From the NCBI GenBank assembly GCA_030390025.1, contig CM059432.1, positions 107,138,001 through 107,202,000 on the forward strand: 64,000 nucleotides of DNA. The letters run 5' to 3'. Of the stretch, positions 42,738 through 54,906 are shown piece by piece. The DNA is from Squalus acanthias (taxonomy: Eukaryota). Position numbers and translations under genes: made by a program. Under the pieces are notes generated by a model, which was given only the letters and a program-made list of their open reading frames with translations, was not told the origin of the DNA and did no database searches. Every line of letters starts with the position of its first letter. The stretch's first letter is position 1.

Positions 42738-45190
42738 TAGAAACATAGAAGATAGGAGCAGGAGTAGGCCATTCGGCCCCTCGAGCCTGCTCCGCCATTC
42801 GATGAGATCATGGCTGATCATCTAAACTCAGTACCCTGTACCTGCCTTCTCCCCATATCCCTTGATACCTTTAGCTTTAAGAAATATATATAACTCATCC
42901 TTGAATATATTTAATGACTTCGCCTCAACTACCTTCTGTGGTAGAGAATTCCACAGGTTCACCACTCTCTGGGTGAAGAAATTCTTCCTCATTTCTGTCC
43001 TAAATGGTTTACCCGTTATCCGTAGATTATGACCCCTGGTTCTGGACTCTCCGACCATCGGGAACATTCTTCCTGCATCTAGTTTGTCCAGACCTGTCAG
43101 AATTTTATATGTTTCGATGAGATCCCCTCTCATTCTTCTATACTCCAGTGAGTATAAGCCCAATCGACCCAATCTCTCCTCATATGTCATTCCTGCCATC
43201 CCAGGTATCAGTCTTGTGAATCTTCGCTGAACTCCTTCCATGGCAAGAACATCCTTCCTCAGATAAGGCGACCAAAACTGCACACAGTACTCAAGGTGTG
43301 GTCTCACCAAGGCCCTGTACAACTGCAGCAGGACATCCCTGTTCCTATACTCAAACCCTTTCGCTATGAAGGCCAACATACCATTTGCCTTCTTCACCGC
43401 CTGCTGCACCTGCATGCTTACTTTCAGCGACTGGTGCACAAGGACACCCAGGTCTCGTTGCACTTCCCCTTCTCCCAATCTATTGCCATTCAGATAATCT
43501 GCCTTTCTGTTTTTGACACCAAAGTGGATAACCTCGCACTTATCCACGTTATATTGCATCTGCCACGCTTCTGCCCACTCACCCAACCTGTCCAGATCAT
43601 CCTGGAGTTTCTCGCTATCCTCCTCGCTGCACACACTCCCACCCAGCTTTGTGTCATCTGCAAACTTGGAGATATTACATTTAATTCCCTTATCTAGATC
43701 ATTAATGTATATTGTGAATAGCTGGGGTCCAAGGACCGATCCCTGCGGTACCCCACTAGTCACTGCTTGCCACTCGGAAAAAGACCCATTAATTCCTACT
43801 CTCTGCTTTCTGTCCGCCAACCAGTTCTCTATCCAAGTCAATACCTTGCCCCCAATCCCATGTGCCTTAACTTTACCCGCTAATCTCTTATGCGGGACCT
43901 TATCGAAAGCCTTTTGAAAGTCCAAATACACCACATCTACTGGTTCTCCCTTATCTATTTTCCCAGTTACATCCTCAAAAAATTCCAGTAGATTAGTCAA
44001 GCACGATTTACCTTTTGTAAATCCATGTTGACTTTGTCCGATCCTGTCACTGTTTTTCAAATGCTCAGCTATTACATCCTTTATAATGGACTCTAGCATT
44101 TCCCCCACTACCGATGTCAGGCTTACCGGTCTGTAATTCCCCGCTTTCTCTCTACCACCCTTTTTGAATAGTGGGGTAACATTAGCTACCCTCCAATCCA
44201 TGGGTACAGTTCCAGATTCCATCGAATGTTGGAAGATGATCAGCAATGCATCTACTATTTCTAGGGCCACTTCCTTAAGTACCCTAGGATGTAGATTATC
44301 AGGCCCTGGGGATTTATCGGCCTTCAATACCGTCAATTTCCCTAACACCATTTCCCTGCAAATACTGATTTCTTTCAGTTCCTCCCTTTCATCAGACCGT
44401 ATGTTCTCCAACATCTCTGGGAGGTTATTTGTGTCCTCCTTTGTGAAGACAGAACCAAAATATGCATTTAATTGGGCTGCCATTTCTTTGTTCCCCATTA
44501 TAACTTCCCCCACTTCTGACTGCAAGGGACCTACACTTGATTTCACTAATCTTTTTCTCTTCACATATCTATAAAAGCTCTTACAGTCAGTTTTTATGTT
44601 CCCAGCAAGCTTACTTTCATATTCTATTTTCCCCTTCTTAATTAATCCCTTTGTCCTCCTTTGTTGAATCCTAAACTGCTCCCAATCCTCAGGGCTACCG
44701 CTTTTTCTGGCCAATTTATATGCCCTCTCCTTGGATCTTATGCTATCCCTAATTTCCCTTGTTAGCCACGGTTGAGTCACCCTTTTTGTTTTATTCTTAT
44801 GCCACACTGGGATGTACAAATTCTGTAGTTCATCCATGCAGTCTTTGAATGTTTGCCATTGCCTATCCACCGTCAACCCCTTGAGTGACATTCCCCAATC
44901 AATCCTACCCAATTCGCGCCTCATACCATCGTAGTTTCCTTTATTTAAATTCAGGACCCTAGTCTCTGATTCAACTACTTCACTCTCCATCCTAATGAAG
45001 AATTCGATCATATTATGATCACTCTGACCCAAGGGGCCTCGTACAACAAGATTGCTAATTAATCCTTTCTCGTTGCATAATACCCAGTCTAAGATGGCCT
45101 GATTTCTGGTTGGTTCCTCGACATATTGTTCCAGAAAACCATCTCGTAAACATTCTAGGAATTCCTCCTCCCTCCTCCACAGTATTTTTA
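42738..45190 (-). mobile_element. Young CR1 LINE, 5'-truncated, with a 734-aa open ORF2 (42828-45032)
   Basis: Full RT motif set including QHGF, DFQKAFD, PQGS and FADD; intact 3' tail. Confidence 0.96.
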
Positions 45191-46146
45191 CTGTTGGATG
45201 TGGGGTGGGGACACGCGGGACATGTTACATTAAGGGTGAGGGGGATCTTTAAGAAATAGCCTGAGAAAGATGGTTGAAGTTCAGAGGCCCGACTAGCCAA
45301 AGGAAATGTATGGCACAAAAGGAGGTAATTCTCCCCATTGTGTTTGTGCCGACCAAAAAAGAGCTATCCAGACTAATCCCATTTTCCAGCTCTTGGTCCG
45401 TAGCCTTGTAGGTTACGACACTTCCTAGTGCATGGCCAAGTACTTTTGAAATGTGGTGAGGGTTTCTGCCTCTACTGCCCTTTCAGGCAGTGAGTTCCAG
45501 ACCCTACCATCGTCTGGGTGGAAAAAAAATTGTCCTCAACTCTGCTCTAATCCTTCTGCCAATTACTTTAAATCTATGCCCCCTGGTTATTGACTTCTCT
45601 GCTAAGGGAAATAGGTCCTTCCTATCCACTCTATCTAGGCCCCTAATAATTTTGTACATCTCAATTAAATCTCCCCTCCGCCTCATCTACTCCAATCTTT
45701 GCTCATAGCTAAAATTCCCCTGTCCTGGCAACATCCTTGTAAATCTCCTCTGTACCCTCTCTAGTGCTATCACATCCTTCCTGTAATGTGACCAAAACTG
45801 TACGTAGTACTCTAGCTGTGGCATAACTAGTGTTTTATACAGTTCTGGCATAACCTCCCTGCTCTTATATTCGATACCTTGGCCAATAAAGGAAAGTATC
45901 CTGTATGCCTTCTTAACCGTCTTATCTACCTGACCTTCTACCGTCAGGGATCTGTGGATGTACACTACATGGTCCCTCTGTTCTTCTACACTTCTCCGTA
46001 TCCTACCTTTTTGTGTATTCCCATGTTTGCCCTCCCCAAATGCATTACCTCACACTTCTCTGGTTTGAATTCCATTTGCCACTTTTCTGCCCACCTGACC
46101 AGTCCATTGATATCTTCCTGCAGTCTATAGCTTTCTTCCTCACTAT

Positions 46147-48373
46147 GCAAGTGTCAGTAGGGGAAAATTTAGGGAACAGTGATCATAAGGTTTAGAATAG
46201 TTATGGAAAAGGACAAAGAGCAATCTTACTTAACGAGAGGAGGGCCAATTTCAGTGGGTTGAGAATGGATCTGGCCCGGCTAAATTGGAATCAAAGATTG
46301 GCAGGCAAAACGAATCGAACAATGGGCAGCCTTTAAAGAGGAGATGGTTCGGGTACAGTCGAGGTACATTCCCACAAGGGGGAAAAGTAGGGCAACCAAA
46401 GCCAGAGCTCCCTGGATGACGAAAGAGATAGAGAGTAAGGTGAAGCAGAAAAAGGGGCCGTATAACACATGTCAAGTTGAGAATACAAGTGAGAACCAAG
46501 CTGAATATAGAAAGTTCAGAGGGGAAGTGAAAAAGGAAATAAGAGGGGCAAAGTGAGTATGAGAATAGACTGGCAGCTAACAAAAGGGAATCTAAAAGTC
46601 TTCTATAGGCATATAAATAGTAAACGGGTAGTAAGAGGACGGGTGGGGCCAATTAGGGACCAAAAAGGAGACCTACGCATGGAGGCAGAAGGCATGGCTG
46701 TGGTAATAAATGAGTACTTTGCATCTGTCTTTACCAAGGAAGATGATGCTGCCAAAGTCATAGTGAAAGAGAAGGTAGTTGAGATACTGAATGGGTTAAA
46801 AATTGATGATGGGTGGTGCTAGAAAGGCTGGCTGTACATAAAGTAGATAAGTCACTAGGACCGGATGGGATGCATCCTCAGATGCTAAGGGAAGTAAAGG
46901 TGGAAATTGCAGAGGTACTGGCTATAATCTTCCAATCCTCCTTGGACTAGGGAATTGCAAATGTCGCACCCTTTTTCAAAAAAGGATGCAAGGATAAACC
47001 CAACAACTACAGGCCAAGTCAGTTTAACCTCTGGTGGGGAAGCTTTTAGAAACGATAATTGGACGAATGTGAATTAATCAAGGAAAGCCAGCACAGATTT
47101 ATTAAAGGCAAATCGTGTTTAACTAACTTGATGAACTTTTTTGATGAAGTAACAGAGGGTTGATGAGGGTAATGGGGTTAACGTAGTGTACATGGACTTC
47201 CAAAAGGCGTTTGATAAAGTGCCACATAATAGGCTTGCCAACAAAGTTGAAGCCCATGGAATAAAAGGGACAGTGACAGCATGGATACGAAATTGGCTAA
47301 GTGACAGGAAACCGAGAGTAGTGGTGAACGGTTGCTTTTCGGACTGGAGGAAGTTATACAGTGGTGTTCCCCAGGGCTCGATACTAGGACTACTGCTTTT
47401 CTTGATATATATTAATGACTTGGGTGTACAGGGCACAATTTCAATATTTGCAGATGAGACAAAATTTGGAAGTATAGTGAACAATGAGGAGGATAGTGAT
47501 ATACTTCAAAAGGACAGAGAGAGGCTGGTGGAATGGGCGGACACGTGGCAGATGAAATTTAACGCAGAAAAGTGCAAAGTGATACATTTTGGTAGGAAGA
47601 ACAAGGAGAGGCAATATAAACTAAAGGGTACAAACCTAAAAGAGGTGCAGGAACATGGAGACCTCGGGGGGTGGGGGGGGGGGGAAATGTGCACAAATCG
47701 TTGAAGATGGCAAGGCAGGTTGAGAAAGCAGTTAAAGTATATGGGATCCTGGGCTTTATAAATAGAGGCATAAGAGTACAAAAGCAAGGAAGTTATGATG
47801 AACCTTTTATAAAACACTAGTTCGGCCTCAATTGGAGTATTGTCTAATTCTGGGCACCGCACTTTAGGAAGGATGTGAAGGCCTTAGAGAGGGTGCAGAA
47901 AAGATTTACAAGAATGATGCCAGGGATGAAGGATTTCAGTTACGTGGATAGACTGGAGAAGCTGGGGCTGCTCTCCTTAGAGCAGAGAAGGTTGAGAGGA
48001 GATTTGATGGAGGTGCTCAAAATTATGAGGGGTCTAGACAGAGATGGAGAGAAACTGTTCCCATTGGCAGAAGGGCCAAGAACCAGAGGACACAGATTTA
48101 ACGTGATTGGCAGAAGAACCAAAGGCGACATGAGGAAAAGCTTTTTTACGCAGCGAGTGGTTCGGATCTGGAATGCACTGCCTGAAAGGGTGGTGGAGGC
48201 AGACTCAATTGTGGCTTTCAAAAGGGAATTGGATAAATACCTGAACGAAAAAAAATTGCAGGGCTACTGGGAAAGGGCAAGGGATTGGGACTAGCTGAAG
48301 TGCTCTTGCAGAGTGCCGGCATGGGCTCGGCGGGCCGAATGGCCTCCTTCTGTGCTATAACAATTCTATGATT
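46147..48373 (+). mobile_element. CR1 LINE, 5'-truncated, nested in the minus-strand CR1
   Basis: YMDFQKAFDKV, GVPQGSILG and RVVRIWNALP motifs; tail ggccgaatggcctccttctgtgc...ttctatgattct. Confidence 0.92.
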
Positions 48374-49037
48374 CTGTCAACCACACGGCCAATTTTTGTA
48401 TCATCTGCAAACATCTTAATCATGCCTCCTACATTTAAGTCTAAATCATTGATATATGCCACGAAAAGCCAGGGACCCAGTACTGAGCCCTGTGGAACCC
48501 CACTGGAAACAGCCTTCCAATCACAAAAACACCTGTTGACCATTACCCTTTGCTTCCTGCCATTGATCCAATTTTGGGTCCAACTTGCTACTTTCCCTTC
48601 GATCCCATGGACTTTTACTTTTCTGACCAGTCTGCCATGTGGGAGCTTGTTTGATGTAGGCTACATCAAATGCATTACACTCATCGACCCTCCTTGTTAC
48701 CGCCTCAAAAAATTCAATCAAGTTAGTCAGACACGACCTTGTCTTAACAAATCCACGCTGACTGTCCTTGATTAATCTGTGCCTTTCTAAATGACAATTA
48801 ATACTGCCCCTTTCCAATAATTTGTCCACCACCGAAGGTAATTACTCAGTCGTACTACTTTTTTAAACAACAGTACATCATTAGCAGTCCTCTGGCACCA
48901 CGCCTGTAGCCAGAGAGGATTGGAAAATGATGGTCAGAGCCTCCACTATTTCCCCTCTTGCTTCTCAACAGCCTGGGATACATTTCATCTGGGCCTGACG
49001 ATTTATCTACTTTCAAAGATACTTAAACCCCTTATTA

Positions 49038-49165
49038 AGAACATAAGAAATAGGAGCAGGAGTAGGCCATTTGGCCCTTCGACCCTGCTCCGCCATTCAA
49101 TAAGATCGTGGCTGATCTTGTACCTCATCTCCACTTTCCTCAACTATCCCCATATCCCTTGATAT
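49038..49165 (-). mobile_element. Very short CR1 3' tail insertion
   Basis: aagaacataagaaataggagcaggagtaggcc...ccccatatcccttgat interrupts the host CR1. Confidence 0.8.
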
Positions 49166-51223
49166 TTCCTCTCTCACTATGTTTATCTCATCTAATATTT
49201 TGCACTCTTTAACTACAGTGTCTGGATCGTCCCTCTCTTGTGAAGGCAGATGCAGTGTTCCTTAAGAGCCATACCCATGTCTTCTGCCTCCACATGCGGG
49301 TTACCATTTTGGTCTCTAATAGGCCCGACTCTTTCCTTAGTTATCCTCTTGCTCTTTATATATTTATAAAACATCTTTGGGTTTTCCTTGATTTGACTTG
49401 CCAATATTTTTTCATCCCCTCTTTGCTTTCCTAATTTCCCTTTTTAATTTCACCCCTGCATTTTCTGTGTACTCGGCTTTCTGCAGTATTGAGCTCTTGG
49501 TATCTGACATAAGCTTCCCTTTTTTGCCTTATCCTACCTTGTATGCTCCTTGACATCCAGGGGGCTCCAGATTTGAAGTCCCACCCTTTTTCTTTGTGGA
49601 AACATATTTGCTCTGAACTCTCACTATCTCCTCCTTGAATGCCTCTCACTGCTCTGACACTGATTTACCTTCAAGTAGCTGTTTCCAGTCCACTTTTTCT
49701 AAATCACATCTCAGCTTAGTAAAGTTAGCCTTTCCCCAATTGAGAACTTTTACTCCTGGTCTATCTTTGTCCTTTTCCATAAATACGCTAAATCTAACCG
49801 AATTATGATCACAACCACCAAAATGCTGATACCCCTTCCACCTGCCCAGCTTCATTCCCTAAAACTAAGTCCTGAAGGCTGTGTTGCCTGCCCAGTGCCA
49901 GGGTTAAGGACATCTCCTCTGGGCTGGAGAGGAACTTGGAGTGGGAGGGGGAAGATCCAGTTGTCATGGTCCACGTAGGTACCAATGACATAGGTAAGAC
50001 AAAGAAAGAGGTTCTGCTGAGGGAGTATGAGCAGCTAGGGGCTAAATTAAAAAGCAGAACCACAAAGGTAATAATCTCTGGATTACTACCTGAGCCACGA
50101 GCAAATTTGCATAGGGTAAATAAGATCAGAGAAATGAACGAGTGGCTCAAAGACTGTGGGAGAAATGGGTTTTGATTTGTGGGGCACTGGCACCAGTACT
50201 GGGATAAGAGGGAGCTGCTCCATTTGGACGGGCTTCACTTGAACCATACTGGGACTAGAGTCCTGGCGAATCGAACAACTAGGGCTGTAGAGAGGGCTTT
50301 AAACTAAATAGTGGGGGGGGGGGTGGGGGGGGGGGGGGTCCAGGTGAGCGGAAATTTAAAAAGTCAATGAGAAATGAGAAAACAATAGAGCAGGATAGAG
50401 ATGGGGGAAATAATAACCAGAGTGTGACAGGAAGGGACAGAATGTTTAAAAATAAGAGTGCAACAGAAAATGTGGCCAAAACGAGGAGAAATGGTAAAAA
50501 GACAAAGTTAAAAGCTCTATATCTGAATGCACGCAGCATTCGTAACAAGATAGATGAGTTGACGGCACAAATAGATTACAGAGACATGGTTGCAAGGTGA
50601 CCAGGGCTGGGAACTGAATATTCCAGGGTATTTGACAATTCGGAAGGATAGACAGAAAGGAAAGGGAGGTGGGGTGGCTTTGTTGGTAAAGTATGGGATC
50701 AGTGCAGTGGTGAGAAGTGATATTGGCTCAAGATCAAGATGTAGAATCGGTTTGGGTGGAGGGGAAAAAGGTCTCTGGTGGGCGTAGTCTACAGGCCCCC
50801 AAACAGTAGCAATACTGTTGGACAGAGTATAAATCAACAAATAATGGAGGCCTGTAAAAAAGGTATGGTAATAATCATGGGTGATTTTAATCTCCATATT
50901 GATTGGACAAATCAAATTGGCCATGGTAGCCTTGGGGAGGAGTTCATAGAGTGTATCCAGGATGGTTTCCTAGAACAATATGTAATGGAACCGACCAGGG
51001 AGCAGGCTATCTTGGATCTGGTACTGTGTAATGAGACAGAATTAATAAATTATCTCCTAGTAAAGGATCCTCTAGGAAAGAGTGATCATAACATGGTTAA
51101 ATTTCAAATTCAGTTGGAGGGTGAGAAAGTTGTATCTCAAACCAGTGTCCTGATTTTAAACAAAGGCAATTACAATGGCATGAGGGCAGAACTGGCAAAA
51201 GTGGACTGGAAAAATAAATTAAA

Positions 51224-51660
51224 GGGCAACACGGTGGCATAGTGGTTAGCACTGGTGCCTCACAGCGCCAGAGACCCGGGTTCGAATCTGACCTCGGGTG
51301 ACTGTCTGTGTGGAGTTTGCACATTCTCCCCGTGTCTGCGTGGGTTTCCTCCGGGTGCTCCGGTTTCCTCCCACAGTCCAAAAATGTGTGGGTTAGGTTG
51401 ATTTGGCTATGATAAATTGACCCTTAGTGTTAGGGGGGATTAAATATGTGGGGTTATGGGGATAGGATGGGATATGTTAGGGGGAATTAAATACATGGGG
51501 TTACGGGGGTAGGGTGGGATATGTGTACTGTGGGGATTAAAGCAGGGACAGGGTACTGGATTTGAATGATCAGCCATGATCGTATTGAATGGCGGAGCAG
51601 GCTCGACGGGCCGAATGGCCTACTCCTGCTCCTAGATTCTATGTTTCTATGTTTCTATGT
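51224..51660 (+). mobile_element. V-SINE (HE1-like) nested in CR1 ORF2
   Basis: Nearly identical to 8475-8908; splits the host reading KNKLKG|KTVEMQW. Confidence 0.92.
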
Positions 51661-51897
51661 TAAGACAGTTGAAATGCAGTGGCGGACATTTAAGGAGATA
51701 TTTCATAACTCTCAACAAAAATAAATTCCAGTGAGAAAGAAAGCTTTTAAGAGAAGGGAGCACGATCCGTGGCTAACTAAGGAAGTAAAGGATGGCATCA
51801 AATTGAAAACGAAGGCATACAATGTTGCCAAGATTGGTGGGAGGCCAGAGGATTGGGAAATTTTTAAAAACCAGCAAAGGATGACTAAAAAAATAAC

Positions 51898-52141
51898 AAT
51901 GAGAAGTCGCACAACACCAGGTTATAGTCCAACAGATTTATTTAAAATTACAAGCTTTCGGAGCTATCGCCCCTTCCTCAGGTAGAGTTACAATGGAGTT
52001 ACAGCATTGTAACACTACCTGAGGAAGGGGCAATAGCTCCGAAAGCTTGTAATTTTAAATAAATCTGTTGGACTATAACCTGGTGTTGTGCGACTTCTCA
52101 TTTTTGTCCACCCCAGTCCAACGCCGGCATCTCCGCATCAT
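51898..52141 (+). mobile_element. Palindromic Penelope-like pseudo-LTR insertion with hammerhead motifs
   Basis: 98-nt inverted arms (51898-51995 and 52005-52102), a ~39-nt tail, and TSD AAAAAAATAAC (51887-51897 and 52142-52152). Confidence 0.82.
52016..52051 (+). ncRNA. Minimal type I hammerhead ribozyme motif
   Basis: UAC-CUGAGGA-A-GGGGC(AAUA)GCUCC-GAAA-GCUU-GUA: core, 5-bp helix II, palindromic AAGCUU in place of helix III, and 3-bp helix I. A mirror copy lies on the minus strand in the left arm. Confidence 0.7.
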
Positions 52142-54690
52142 AAAAAAATAACGAGAGAGAAGATGAATTATGAGAGTAAACTGGCAAGAAATATTAAAAC
52201 AGAAAGTAAGAGCTTCTACAGGTATATAAAAAGGAAGAGAGTAGCTAAAGTAAATGTTGGTCTCTTAGAGGAGAGAATGGGGAATTAATAATGGGGAACG
52301 GGGAAATGGCAGAGACTCTGAACAAATATTTTGTATCTCTTCACGGTAGAAGACACTAACAGCATCCCAATAATGGACAATCAAGGGGCGAACTAAAGAC
52401 AATCACTATCACTAAGGAAAAAGTACTTGGTAAAATAATGGGACTAAAAGACAAGTCCCTGGACCAGATGGCCTGCATCCCAGGGTCTTAAAAGAAGTGG
52501 CTGCAGAGATAGTGGATGCATTGGTTGCAATATACCAAAATTCCTTGGACTCTGGAGAGATTGGAAAACCGCAAATGTAACACCCCTATTTAAGAAAGGA
52601 GGGAGACAGAAAGCAGAAACTATAGACCAGTTAGCCTAACATCTGTCGTTGGGAAAATGCTGGAGTCCTTCATTAAGGAAGCAGTAGCAGGGCATTTGGA
52701 AAATCTTAATGCAGTCAAGCAGAGTCAGCATGGTTTTATGAAAGGGAAATGATGTTTAACAAACTTGCTGGAGTTCTTTGAGGATGTAACGAGCAGGGTG
52801 GATAAGGGTGAGCCAGTGGATGTGGTGTATTTGGATTTCCAGAAGGCATTCGATAAGGTGCCACATAAAAGGTTACTGCATAAGATAAGAGCTCACGGAA
52901 TTGGGGGTAATATATTAGCATGGATAGAGAATTGGCTAACAGAAAGCAGTCGGGATAAATGGGTTATTTTCCGGTTGGCAAACGGTAACTAGAGGGGTGC
53001 CACAGGGATCGGTGCTGGGGCCTCAACTATTTACAATCTACATTAATGACTTAGATGAAGGGACCGAGTGTAATGTAGCCAAGTTTGCGGATGATACAAA
53101 GATGGGTGGGAAAGCAAGTTGTGCAGAGGACTCAATCTGCAAAGGGATATAGACAGACTAAGTGAGTGGGCAAACATTTGGCAGATGGAGTATAATGTGG
53201 GAAAGTGCGAGGTTATCCACTTTGGCAGGAAAAATAAAAAAGCAAATTATTATTTAAATGGAGAGATTTTACAAAATGCTACAGTTCAGAGGGACCTGCG
53301 GGTCCTTGTGCATGAAACACAAAAAGTTAGCATGCAGGTACAGCATGTAATCAAAAAGGCAAATGGAATGCTGGCCTTTATTTCAAAGGGGTTGGAGTAT
53401 AAAAGTGGGAAAGTCCTGCTACAACTGTACAGGGTATTGGTGAGACCACACCTTGAGTATTGCGTACAGTTTTGGTCTCCTTATTAAAGGAAGGATATAC
53501 TTGCATTGGAGGCAGTTCAGAGATGATTCACAGGGTTGTTTCTTGCGATGAGGGGGTTGACTCATGAAGAAAGGTTGAGCAGGTTGGGCCTATACTCATT
53601 GGAATTTAGAAGAATGAGAGGTGATCTTATTGAAACATAAGATACTGAGGGGGCTCGACAAGGTAGATGCAGAGAGGATGTTTCCCCTCGTGGGGAAATC
53701 TAGAACTCGGGGGCACAGTTTCAGAATAAAGCGTCGCCCTGTTAGAACTGAGATGAGGAGGAATTTCTTCTCTGAGGGTCGTAAATCTGTGGAGTTCTCT
53801 GCCCCAGAGAGCTGTGGCGGCCGGGTCATTAAATACATTTAAGGTGGAGATAGACAGATTTTTACAAGATAAGGGAGTGAAGGGTTATGGGGAGCGGGCA
53901 GGGAAGTGGCTTTGAGCCCAAGATCAGCCATGATCTTATTGAATGGCGGAGCAGGCTCGAGGGGCCAAGTGGCCTATTCCTGCTCCTATTTCTTATGTTA
54001 TGTCCAGAACTGCCCCCCTCTTGTTGGGCTTGCTATATACTGGCTAAAAAAGTTGTTCTGAATGCATTTTCAAGAATTCTGCGCCTTCTATACCTTTTAC
54101 ACTGATTCTATCCCAGTTAATTTTTGGGCAGTTGAAATCCCCTACTATTACTGCCCTGTTGATTTTGCACTTCTCAGAAATTTGCCTACATATTTGCTCT
54201 TCTATCTCCCTCTGACTATTTGGGGTCTATAATGCACTCCCAGCAGTGTGATTGCCCCTTTTTTGTTCTTCGCTTCAACCTATGTGGACTCGTTTGATGA
54301 TCCTTCTAGCATATCATCCCTCCTGACAGCTGTAATTGTTTGTTTAAGCAATATTGCATCCCCCCCTCCTTTTTTTATCCCCCTTTCTATCTTGTCTGAA
54401 AACACTGTAATCAGGAATGTTGAGCTGCCATTCCTGTCCTTTCAGCCCTTTCAGTAATAGCTATGATATCATACTTCCACGTGTCAATCTGTGCCCTCAG
54501 ATCTGCCTTATTCACTGGACTTTGCATTGAAGTATATATCTTTAAGCACTGCCAAGCCCCCTTGTCTATTTTCTCGCCTGTTTCTTCTGCCTTCCAAACT
54601 CACTAATTTTCTTTCTTACATTTCCAGCTTTGCTTCTCTCCCTTCTGAATCTACTTTCAGGTTCCCATCCCCCTACCAAGCTAGTTTAAA

Positions 54691-54906
54691 AATGAGAAGT
54701 CGCACAACACCAGGTTATAGTCCAACAGATTTATTTAAAATTACAAGCTTTCGGAGCTGTCGCCCCTTCATTGTACCTTTACCTGACGAAGGGGCGACAG
54801 CTCCGAAAGCTTGTAATTTTAAATAAATCTGTTGGACTATAACCTGGTGTTGTGCGACTTCTCAATTTTGACCACCCTAGTCCCAACACCGGCATCTCCG
54901 CATCAT
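54691..54906 (+). mobile_element. Second palindromic Penelope-like insertion of the same family
   Basis: 77-nt perfect inverted arms (54693-54769 and 54788-54864), the same tail ending gcatctccgcatcat, and 13-bp TSD AAGCTAGTTTAAA (54678-54690 and 54907-54919). Confidence 0.82.
54779..54816 (+). ncRNA. Minimal type I hammerhead ribozyme motif
   Basis: UUAC-CUGACGA-A-GGGGC(GACA)GCUCC-GAAA-GCUU-GUAA, with a 4-bp helix I. Confidence 0.72.

Larger units (their letters stand above)
49873..54001 (+). mobile_element. CR1 LINE with partial ORF1 esterase and frameshifted ORF2, nested in the minus-strand CR1
   Basis: ORF1 VHVGTND...DGLHLN; ORF2 start LKALYLNARSIRNK; EN and RT motifs; tail ttcttatgttatg. 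Flanked by GTCC at 49869-49872 and 54002-54005. Confidence 0.92.

Noticed and set aside
51898..52141. Pre-miRNA gene or classical TIR MITE
   Set aside because: The asymmetric tail, variable long TSDs, variable arm length and hammerhead core fit a Penelope-type retro-insertion better.
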